In this document: positions 8,594 through 20,500 of the stretch, in pieces
Layout: each line of letters starts with the position of its first letter
Position numbering within the stretch: position 1 is the first letter of the stretch
Virus record (IMG/VR): IMGVR_UViG_3300016484_000665
Coordinates: 1-59,753 of that record
Origin: a virus
Taxonomy: Duplodnaviria > Caudoviricetes
Direction: 5' to 3' (one strand)
DNA length: 59,753 bases
Translations under genes and position numbers: made by a program
Notes under the pieces: model-generated
The model's input: the letters and a program-made list of their open reading frames with translations, nothing else
Databases searched by the model: none
Told to the model about the DNA's origin: nothing

Positions 8594-11500
8594 TCAGATC
8601 AGCGACTCCCTCACATCCATCGGAATCCGCTCGACCGCGCGCGCAGCAGTCTCGTCCTGCTTGATCAGCAGGGCATCGATCTGCTGCTGCTTCTCTTCGG
8701 CACTCAGGTTCGGATCGTTCGTGATGCGATCGATGCGCGCGCGTCGAGCAGCCAGACGGCGTGCTGTGGTGCGCATTCTGGGAAGCAATCGGATCGCTTC
8801 TTCGTCACCCTGTTCAGCGACGTATGCCTTACTCGCCGCACGGCCCTCGAGCTTGCGTTTGCGCGCAGCGCTGAAGGCGGCCTCCTGTACCGCATTCAGC
8901 ATGTCATAGAACTCGGTCTGGGCGCGCGTATTGCGCTGCGGCGTCGTTTCCATGAAGCGGCGCGCGATCACGGAATCCGAGAAGTGCCCTGCCGGCTTCT
9001 CCGGGGCACCGGTGAAGCCGTCGATGATGGCATCGGCAGCCGCAATCGCGGTGGTACCAAGCCATCCGAAGTACCCGCGTACCATGTGTTCTATCTGCAC
9101 CGGTGAGGGATCCACCAGGCCGCCGGTCGCCCCATAGATCGCAGCAGAGGCGCCCTTAACGGTTGTCCCCGTCCACGGCTGATAGGCCAGTGGTGCGCGC
9201 ACTTCTTTCAGTTCGTCGCCCTCGATCGGCCGCCCTGTGAACCAGTTCAGATCCCCATTGATCTCGAGCAGTGGGCGCAGCGCCGCGGGCGTAGGGTTCA
9301 TCGCGAAGGTATCGAGCAGCGCATGCGTCAATCGCTCACGGAAGAGACGCGGTGTCGCAGACGCATCAACCCACTGCTCTGTCGCGCGCTCGAACAGCAT
9401 CGCAATCGCGCCTACTTCGAACGGGCGCGGGATCTTGAACAGCGGACTGCCCGGCCACAACCGGAAGTAGTGGTTGGCATCACGCTTCCACTGCTCGAGT
9501 CTCTTGTACTCGTCGTCGTCCTTGATCAGCAGGTAGAGCAGCACCGACAGCGCCGAGTAGATCGCCCACGTGGTGTGAAAGCGCGCGCGCTGTGCGGGAT
9601 CCACAGCAGACCGCCCGAGCTTATCCAGGCCCTGTAGTCGCGCGTTCAGGAACGGGACCGATTGAGTCAGCCAGCGCACTGTCTCGTTGCCACCCATGCG
9701 GCTGAAGTCGAGGAAGTCTCGCGCGGCGAATGCAGCATCGAGGTCGGACGCGCCCGCTTCCTGCAATCGCACCCACTCTGCCGCGCGGTTGATGTTCTCC
9801 AGGCGCGCTCCGAAGTCCTGATAGGCCTCCCATCCGAGCATCAGGCCATGACCCAGCGCGCGCGCGGCGTCCATGAACGGGTTCGCCGTTGCGCGCACCT
9901 GCCCATAGTTCGGGTGATTGCGCTCGATCCAGAACCGCATTTCATCCGGGTCGGCGCCGTGTATGTAGCCGGACTCCGCAAAGATCGCACCGGAAGCCAA
10001 CATGTCAGCTTTGTCGGTACCGTCATCGCGTGTCGCCCGCCACCCGGACGCAATGTTGCGCCAGAACATCGGCGACAGACCGGTGATCGCGATGGCGGCA
10101 AGCGTATCGCGCACACCGTTTGCGATTTTGAAGTTGGGATCCGCGGTCACACCGTAGGTCAGCATGCGCTTTGCCTTGCGCAGCGTCGCACCAACGATGC
10201 CGTTCATGCCCTGCCAATTGATCGACAGCAGGCTTTCCAGCACCAGGTTGCTTTCCGGATCCGTGTGATCGAGCTGATACCACTCGGGCCGGCCGTTGTT
10301 GCGCACCCAGATCGCGCCACGAGGCACACCACCGTAAGGCGGATGAATCCGTGTGGCGATCGGCTGCCCGCTCTGGTTGCGCACCTGTGTTGCCGTGGCG
10401 AGCGCAGCGCGCGCTGCGTGGTTGCGCATGCTTGCCGCAATAATGTGATTGGCGTTGCCCAGGAAGTTCACAAACAGATCATCGAGCTGGTCAACACCAC
10501 CACGCAGACGTCGATATGCAGTCTGTCGTGCCAGTTCATTCAGGCTGATGCGCGGGCCGGTGTCGTCCTGCTCATCCTCAAGCACGCGATAGAACGGCAC
10601 GTACCAACCCTGTGTTCTCCACAGTTCGGCTTCCTCATCGTTGATCAGTCCGGTGTCTACACCAACCTGCACGATTGAGGCTTGCCACTGCTCGAGCTCG
10701 CGCAGCGCCGTGGCGAAGATCTCCGGCCGATCGGGCCGGTAGGTCACCGTTCCTGGTGTGCCCGGCTGATTGAAGAGCTGGAACGCCGCAATGTGGTGAT
10801 CCTCGAACAGATTCTCCCGGCCTTCAGCCTTCAAGCGTTCGGCACGATGCGCCGCGACCCAGGCGAGAAAGCGATTCACGTCGCGACCCAGCGGCTCCAG
10901 GATGTCCTGCAATGAAGGCATGTTCGTGTGTACCTTCAGCACGTCATTCTCGAGGTATAGCCGCCCGCGGGTTAATGCGGCTTCCAAAGCGGAAAGCGTG
11001 CCGGCTGCCAAGTTCGCCAGCTTCCAGCTTCGGGGATCATTCAGCACCTTGCGGAACGAGTTGTACTGATCCAGAACGGCCTGCCGGGTGTAATCCCAGC
11101 GCCGGCCCTGGAACAGTCGCCACTGGTTGTACATGCGAGCACGAAGACCACGCAGCCCGCCCTGAAAGCCCATGCCGATTTGCTGCACCAGCGGCCGTTC
11201 ATGCGGTTCAAACTCATCATCCAGCGAGAAGGACAGCGTTGACGCCTGCGCGCCACGGCGCCGATCGTAAAAGGACGTTCCGTCGATGTACGCACGCCCG
11301 GCTGACAGGATGATGTTCAGGTCGGCCAGCCCCATCGGACGAGTCATACCCATTGCACGCAAACCGCGCACGACAAATTCCTGTACCTGGCGCCACCACC
11401 GAGCCAGCGGGCCTTCATCGACCCGACGTTCGGCCATGACAGCAATGAATTCCTTCACCTCCTCGACGGGCGACAGCCTCCCGTAACGGAACATCACCTC

Positions 11501-14500
11501 AGCATGGATGCTGTCGAATGTCTTGCCGCGCAGCTTCTTCAGGCGTTCGTAACCCTCAACCACCGTGGCCCACTTGTCGCCGACGACGGCATTGCCCCCG
11601 ACGTGCGCCCAGAGCTCATGCGCCACGAGTTTCTGCAGATCACGCAGCGACTGCACACGATCAACGACGATGTTCACATCGCCATCGATCGTCCAGGCGC
11701 GCGCCCAGCGTCCGGCGGGCTGCTGACGTGCAATCTCCTCGGGGATCGCCGATGCGTTCAGCAGATTCAGGTTCACGCCTTCCGGCATGCGCACGCCGGC
11801 CAGGAACGCGTCGAGCACGTTCCGCGGGATCGGGTTCGGCAACGCAGCCAGCGGATCCGGAGCAGAAGCAGGCAACGTGTTGGTTCGGTCGAAGAGGGAC
11901 AGTCCCTCGCCCAGCACGCGAGCGCGCATTTGATCCGTGATCCGAAGCACATGCAGCGGGAGCTTGGTTGTGTCGCCATCACCGTATTCGATCAGCGACT
12001 CCATTTCTGTTGTCTCGATGCGGGCCGACTTGTCGAGGCGCTGGGCAACCGCCTTCAGCGTGTTACGGTGCACACCGTCATACGCAGCGAAGAACGGGCT
12101 TGTTCCGATGACTGCCGGCGCAGGGGGTGTTACGACGAACTTGGACTCCTGATTGGCCAGGATCTTCGCAACTGTGTCGGTGCCGACCAATTCGCTCAAC
12201 CGCAGGTATTTGGTCGAGTTATCTACGTTGAGCGCGACCAGGTCGGCGCCATCAGGCGAGGGGACGAACGTAACCCGTCCTTGCGACCAATCTGGCGGGG
12301 CATCGTTGAGCGGCCCGCCTTCATCAGACCCAAGACGCGAGAACGAGATGTGAACACGTTCATTGGATTCGTCCCTCTCGACAATCAACTGATCGACCAC
12401 CGCGATTTTCTGGCCGTCCGCATGCCACCTCATGGCGTGCACCAGGCCACCGGTCAGTGCTACCGCGTCTTTGCCTTCAAGCACTGCTGTTCGAATCAGG
12501 TGCTTCATTGACAGTTCGACCCAGCCGTTCCCTGCGAACGGCGCGGCAGACAGCCATTGGATGTCTTCCGTCGGGGCGATTGCGTTGTTCAGCGATACTG
12601 CCCGCGCGTGCAAAGCGGCGAGATCATGCGCGATCTCCCTGATGGCAGGCGTCGCTTCGACGATGCGCGCCCACCCCCTGACGCGATCTGCCTCGTCGGT
12701 AGTTGTATAGATTTGATCGTCCGAGCCATTTGTGCGCATTTGCGCCGCAAGGAACAATGCAGGATCGCGTGCAAACGCCTGTGCGAATTCACTCGTCCTG
12801 CGGGCGACGAACGGCTCGTAAGCGTCACTAAGGCCCATCAGGCTCGACAACAGTTTGTTTCCTGTAACGCCAGGATCCATCACGCCCAGAAGGGTTGCGC
12901 GCAGATCCTTCCAACGCTCACGTATCTGCTCCTGGAGGACTTCGAGGGCCGTTTCCGCTTCTTCGCGCTGGAGTCGCAGTTTCGTCTCATCGGCGCGTGC
13001 GGACTTGCGGGCGGCGTCCTGCATCCGTTCAGTGAACGGCTTCTGTCCCGTTTTCAGGTAGTCCGAGTACGCGCGCAAAGCCCGTTGATGCTCACCGATC
13101 GCAGTGCGCCACTTGTTCACGTCCCGCGCGAAGCTGCCATCCTTGAACTGCAGCCGGATCGTCTCGCGCAGTGCCGACAACATTTGCTGCGCGTCAGCGT
13201 CCGTCGTGGCGCCGAGCTGTTTGTCGATTTCCTGCGTCCACGCCTCAGACGGGGAAAGGTCGGGTTTCTCGATCAACTGGTTCCGCAACATGCCTGGGAT
13301 GTCGTATCCATCCCACAACCTCTGAAACCGACCGAGAGGTAAGGTGGTTTGTGAAAACGCCCATGACCGCAAGGCACTTGTGACATCGACGCTCAGGGAA
13401 TTCGATGCCGTCTGCGCGTCCTTCAATCGGCGTTCCGGGTGTTGCGTCGCGTCATCCACCATTTGTCGGTACGCGAGGAGGCTGCTTCTCCAGGCCAGCG
13501 ATTGTTCTTTGATTCTCTCGTCGGCCCGAATGTTGTCGATGACATCCCCGAGCGATTCCCACATGTCTTTGTAGAAGTGATTCGGGGTGATCTCCCTCCT
13601 GGCTTCGATTTCTGAAGCCCATGCGTAGGTTGGCGGCACGTCGCGCATTTCGAGCACAGCATCTTCCAGACGTTTCACAACGCCCACGGCGTCCCACCAT
13701 TGTTGCAACGGCACCCCTGCCTCTTTCGCAAGACGTTGAGCCTTTGTGTCGCTCGCGAACTGATCGAACAGCGTCGCCATCAACGGATCGCGCGCGGCAA
13801 CCATCGCGTCTTGCGCTGTTTTGATGGCCCGCCCTGCATCGGTGTCCTCACCGGGCAGTGACAGACGCGGCTGCACCCCGCGCAAATTCTCGTCGAGCTG
13901 CATGGCTGGTGTTCTCATCACAGCATCACGCGCTCGCGCTTGCTGGTGCCAGTCGCTTTGAATTTCCTCGCTGACGAGTGCGTTCAGGCGCACGCCGCCC
14001 ACCTGTAGCGCCCGGTCGGTGGTTCGTATGTGCGACATCACATTGGATGCAACATGGTCCCAATGATTTGCGATAGATACCCGGCTCGACTCGGAATCAC
14101 CCACAGCATTCACCGTAGCGTCCGTCGGCGTACCAACCGGCAGGCGGATCAGGTGTTCCCGATAATTCATCGCTGCGGCTATTTGATGTTTCGACTCCGA
14201 AACGAGCCGCGCGGCTGGGCTGTCGGGTTGTGGCGGCATCACCGTGATCGCACCGTGACCGGCAAACTGCGTATAGATGCCCTCGTTTTCGTCTTCGTCA
14301 GCCTCGCTGTTTTCGCGGTTCGTGCGGACGATTTCTTCGGCTTCGTCCAGCGCATCGCGATCACCTTCAAGCGCGGCGGTCATCAATTCGAAGAGCTCAA
14401 CATTGCCCTCAGTGTCTGCAATGTCCAAAAGCTCCTCGAGCTCGAGCCGCGTAACGGGATCCTCATAACGTTTCGCGCCGTCAGCTCTCGACGCCGGGTC

Positions 14501-17500
14501 TTCATCGGGATCATTGAAGTCGTCCTTGAGTGTGACCACTTCCACCTTGACGCCATGCCCGCGCACGAATTCGAGCAATTGCGCACGTGTGACAGGGCGG
14601 CCCTCGAAGGCGGCCAGGTATTCTTCCAGCCCGGTGAAGGCGATCTCCTCGCGCTTCACGCCATTCGCTTTCATCAGCGCACCCAACATTTGCGCAGGGC
14701 TGCCGCGCTCCTGCTTCAGCGCCAGGGCGGCACGCTCAAGCCCGCTCCACAAACCAATCGGCGTAGACGTGATCGCGAATTGGATTCGACTATCATTCGG
14801 GTCGAACGTTCCACGATTGCCGACAGCCGACTTGATCTGCTCAGGACGCAGCGCGATGTAACTATCGCCAGAACCCTCCTCCTCGTTGCGATAAACAATG
14901 CCGTCGTAACCCTTGCTCTCGAGCAGGCGCACGAAGGCGTCTCTATCGATCTCCTTTCCGTCTTCGAACAGCGTGCGACGTACCGCCTCGTCCATGTCAG
15001 AGAAATCGACACCAGCAATGGTCATCCCGGCAACGATGTCCTTCTGTTCCCAGGTGCCCATGTCGTTCAGGCGCATCGGGTTCTGGATAGACAGGTAGAC
15101 CGGCAGGATGTTTTCGCCAATGAGCTGCTTGGATGATGTGTTCCGAAGGCGATTCTCTGCCTGCTCGAGCGTGCCGAAGTGCCAGCCGATATCGGATGTC
15201 TGCGTGAACGAATCGAACGTGTTGCGCGTGCTGTGATACACCACCAGCGGCGCGCCGTCGTTATCCGTCACCGCGCTGCGCTGGAACCAGCGCCAGAACT
15301 CTTTCACGCCGTCAGGTGTCGGATGCACCGGCCGGCCTGTCGAATCGGTGTTCGGTTGCGGATCGTACGCAGCAACGATCGAACGCACGTCAATGTCGGT
15401 AATCGCGATGTCAGCTTCATCGAACACGACATAGTTAAACGAACCCTCGCCCGCTGAACGACTGGTTCCGTCCAGGTACTTGATGCCGCGCACCCCTGAC
15501 GCGAGCAGGAACTCTGACGCGCCGCGCTGACCGCGGCCCGCCGAAAGGCCCTGATACATTTCACCAAGCGTGGCGGTGTCGATGTAATGCTGTGCAGCTT
15601 TCTTGGTCCCGAAGCCATCGATCGACAATCCGTTCAGTGTGGCCAGCCATTTCGAATCCGATGGCTCACTCTCTTTGATCACAGCAACACGGATCGCTGC
15701 GCGTACCGCTTCCGGCTGATCACCGTAGGGACGATCCCACAACATCATGTTGTCATCGTCCGGAAGGTCCGCGGTGTAGATGCGGCCCTCTGGTTGTGTC
15801 TTGGTGTACTTCTTCGCTTGCGCCAAGCCAGCCAGCCAGGCGTCCTTGTAATCCGCCTCCCAATCCGACTGCCGCACGAACTTTTCCATTCCCGCAATGT
15901 CGCTGTCGTCGCGAAGCCCTGCGTACACCTCGAGCGCGACCGTGTTCGCGTCGTCTCGACTCAGGGTGCTGCCGACACGCACGGCGTCCTGAAGTGCGCT
16001 GAAAATGTCATCCGGATGTTGGATAACACCGTCGAGGCCGAATTGAGCCTGACGCGCCGAAAGGCTTTTTCGGTAGTGCGCCGCAATGTCACGCAGCGAA
16101 GCGAAATACAGGCCCCATCCAAACGCCTGCCCGCCCTCGCCAGTACCAATGCGGTCCGTCCTGAACTCGGAGAACGTGTAGGGACTGCCGTGGTACCCCG
16201 TAACAGGCGCGCGCACGGTGACGTCGTCGGGGAAATATCCCCACTCAGCGATGCTGTCTCCGTTGGTGTAGATGTCCTTGGCGCGGACAGTCTTGCTGAC
16301 CACCCGATAGTTGCCCTTGCCGAATTCGGATTCGCCATGCTCCACAGCGTAGGCACGGCTGATCGACACCCAATCACCCGGATTGATCTTCAGGCGCGCG
16401 GCTGGTTCGCCCGGCTCAGAACGCAGACGTTCTGCTTCCTGCTTCGTAGCGCGGTACCACTCATCCTGCCTTTCCGGATCCACGTTATCCGGATACAGGC
16501 CCCTGCTCATGAACAGCGCCAGTTGCCGCTCCAGGATTGCAGCACGCTCCGCGTTGCTTTTGGTGTGTGGCACTGCGCGGTAGATCTTGACCGGCCTGTT
16601 CGGTCGCCCTTTCAACGACAAAGCAATGTCTGCCGACTCCTGTTCAGGGACGTTGTGGCGTGAAATGTAGTGATGCCAAAGGCCGGTGTAGAAGTCGTCC
16701 GGATAGATGCCGTTGTGCGTCAGATTGTGTGCAGGCGCGCCCTCGTCTCCAGTCGCCCTATGCCCGCCGCGGTAGTCGTACTCCCCTTCCCGAAAATCAT
16801 TCCTGCCCGAGCGCTTGATTCGGAGGTAATTCCTCCAGGCGTTCCGCGTGAATTCGAGCGCGGGCAGGTCCGCAAACTCCGGACTGGTCGCCGGCGCAAG
16901 ACGCGGCATGCGATCCTTGTCGCGCAGATACGTGGCAGAGGAGCCATTACTCAGCATGGATTCAATGCGCCCGGTGGCGGATGTCCACACGACATCGATT
17001 GCGACCTTGGCGGCGATGAATCGCGTTGCCACAGAAGCGTTGCTGGCATGCACGAAGGCCGCAGCCGCGTTCGTAGCGATCGCGTAGCGCGTCATCATCG
17101 CCCGCAGCGCTTTCCGGCTGATCTGCGTGGGATCGAAATCGAAGGGCACCACCGCCAATACCTGGTGTTTCGAATCCACCATCAGCGCTGTTGCGTAAAT
17201 GCCGTTTTCCTGTATCTCGCGAGACTTCCTGTACAGCGTCATCACGTCCATCTTGGACCGGATGGCATCCACAGCTACATTCGATGCCAACCTGCCGACA
17301 TCAGAGAACGTCGGCCGCTCCGTCTCCGGCCTGCGGGCCGCGTATTGGTACAGATCAGCTTTGCCCGTTTCATCAATGAAGCCGTAGCGATCCGTGTCGA
17401 TGACAACATGGCCCCTGAACTGAAGCAGTGGCTTACCGTTGAGGCCGACTGTTTCAAACAGAGCCAAAGCGATCCCGGCGGTGGTACTGATATCGGCTTC

Positions 17501-20500
17501 GGACGGTGTTGGATCCCCGCTTGGATGGTTGTGCATCAGCCAGGCTTGGGTCGCTCCGGCACCGGAGGCGATAGACGCGATGTCCATAAGCGGGGCAGCA
17601 ATTTCATTCACGGTCACGAGCATCGCCGCACTTCCCGGGCTCCGTGTGGTTGCGGCGTACTGCAGCAGAATTCGCCCGTTGTCATCGGTGAATATCCAGC
17701 GCGCCGTTTCAAAGCGTGGATCGCGATACACCTGAGCAATCGTTGCGAGGTCGGTTGCAGATCTGATGGTCTGGCCGACCAACATGGTGCGCTGCCTCTG
17801 CGCAAGGTCGCGCGCCATTGCACGGCCGGCATATGAACGGCTGCGCCACAGTTCGCGGATTGCGTCATCAGCCCTGTCCTGCGCGCGCTCGAGCGCTGCT
17901 GGCGGGCCTTGCCGCGTTTCGTGCTGCTCCGGCATATCAATCAACAGCTCGAGCTGTTGGGGGTTCGGGTACTTGCCACGGCGCGCAAACACTTCGGCGA
18001 GCCCATCGGATAGTTCCGCGTCATACCGGATGCCGGGAGCCGGATCGTAGGCGGGGCGGTCCTCGTTCAGATTTGTGTCACGGTTCACCCGCGCGATGAA
18101 CAGGTTGCGCTTCTCCTCTGTCGGGAACGCAAAGCCCTTCTTCACCCCTGCGCTGCGGTTCGCGTAGCGCGACCAGTAGCCGCCGAGATCCTTGGCCATC
18201 TCCGACACTTGCTTGTATTGATCGTCTGGGAGATCACGACTCAGTGTGGCCAACCATTGATCTTCACCGGTCCGGGTATGCTTCTGGTTGTGCGGTTGCG
18301 CCAGTCCGGCCGGCTCAGGCGTTTCCGCAGGCGCATCGGGCGCCGCCTGGCGGGCGGGAACGTCCGTTGGAATTGCTGTCAGGTCATTGTTGTCGATGAT
18401 CGACGGCGCATCTTCCATGCCAACCGGTTCGGCCAGAATGTTGCGCCTGGGCACACCCATGTCCTGGATTACATCGAACAGCGCATTGATGTCTTCGATG
18501 TACGTCAGGTCACGGTTCGATTGCTGCGTGTCCGGTGACGGGAAGTATTTCGGAGGCAGATAGTCGATCACCAGCACCCGCGTCATCACGCCGGTGCCAG
18601 CTCTGCCAAACGTCACCGAAGGCAGCAGCATGTTCAGGCGCGTGTGCAGATCCTTCGCCATGTCATCTTCGTACAGCCACTTTTCCAGCCGCTTGTCGGC
18701 CATCTGGCCTGCCGGATAGATCGCGACCAGCCGGCCGCCCGGGTACAGGTGGCGTTCCGCTGCCTTGCGCATGTGCGGGAGCGCATCGGATCCGCCCAGG
18801 CCAAAGGGCGGGTTCATGACGATGGCGTGAAACTTGTTCATGGGCGGCAGGTCCATGAAATCCATCACGCGCACGTTGCCCTGCGGTGCACGGATCTGAA
18901 CCTTGTCCGCGAGTTCGTCTTCCAGCTCGATGTAGGTGTTCGCCGTGGATCGCGGGAACCAGCGTGCAATCGCGCCGTGCCCTGCGGACGGCTCGAGCGC
19001 CTTTTCGCCGGCGGCGAGCTCTGCCCACTCGACCATTTTCAGACCAAGCGGCTCCGGTGTCGGGAAGTAGTCGCGGCCGATATCGTTCTGCCTGCCCTTC
19101 CGATTCGACCAGTACGCAGTCTTCGCCATGTCCCAGGCGTTGATCGCTACCGCCTGATCGCGCTGCTTTCCGCCCGTGCCCTGATCGGGGTTCGGGTCGA
19201 TGCCGGGTTCCGCGTTGACATATGCGTCAACAATCGAATCCAGCAATGACCGGGCCTGATCGCCCATCGCCATGTTCTCAACCGTGCTCGAGCGCTGGGC
19301 GATGGTCTGCGCGAAGGCCTTGTCCTCATACGAAAGGCCTGTCCGCAACATTTCGTAGATGGCGTTTGATTTCACGCCCACACGATAGATGCGGCCCTCA
19401 GTCTGAATCAGGTCAATGGGCTCAGTGGGCAGGCCGACTTGGATCACGACGCGCTGATGTTTGCCGGTGACGTCATGCAGGCTGACACCTTCACGCCCCG
19501 CGGTGATCTGGGCGAGGAACACCGATACCGGACCGCCATCCGTGTTGAAGTTGCGAATCGCCGCAAGTCTCTTCGCTTTCGACACTTTCCCGTTGTAGAT
19601 CGCAACGGTTGTCCCGAAGGCCTCCTGGAATGCTTCGACGGGGTTGCGTATCCCCGTCAGCGGCAAGTTGTACAGATCCGGGCGCAGGCCGCGCAGACCC
19701 TCAATCTCCGCACGTAGCGCATTCGGACCGCCCTGTACGCGCTGCCCGAGTGCGGTGATCAGTCCACCGTCCGGATCGATCCAGCGTTCGCTTTCGTCGA
19801 AATATCCGGGCTTGATGCGGAATGGGTGTGACGGCTCGCGGGTGATGTACCGGTGAAACGCCACCACCTTGCGGCCCATTGCCACGTGCAACTTCGCACG
19901 GCGCACGGATTCGTCCGCATTCAGTCCCTCGATCAACGTCATGAGGAACAGGTAATCCCATTTCTTCCGGAAAAACTCCTTGGCCTCATTCGACAGACCG
20001 TTATCGATCCGATCCAGACGGCGCGTCTCCGGGTCACGCTCGTAACCACGGATCCACCACATACCCGCATCGATCGCTTCGCCCAGGCTGTTTTCGTACC
20101 GGTGAAACACACGGGAGTAATCGAACGGCACATCGAGCATGCGGCTGATGATGGCGTTCTGCGCCTTCAGGTGTTCATGCCAGGCGCGCTCCATCAGGCT
20201 CCGATCAACACCAGACTCCGGCTGCGTCAGCTTGCCGGTACGCATCCGGTAACCCAAATGGGTCATCAGATATTTCTGGTACTCGTTGCCGGCGTTGTAG
20301 GCGCCGGACTGACCCTCGCTGCGCTTCCCGGGCTTGCCGAACGCCAATACCGTCTGATCGAGCAGTTGCAGGTTCTTGTGGTGCGCCAACGGTGTCGCGC
20401 TCAGGAACACCACATGCGGGCGCCGCTCCTCGTTGTAGATGCGGTCGCCCTCAGCCCGTTCCGCGTCCGCAAGCGCCCGCTGTTCGCGCGTCAGCTCATC

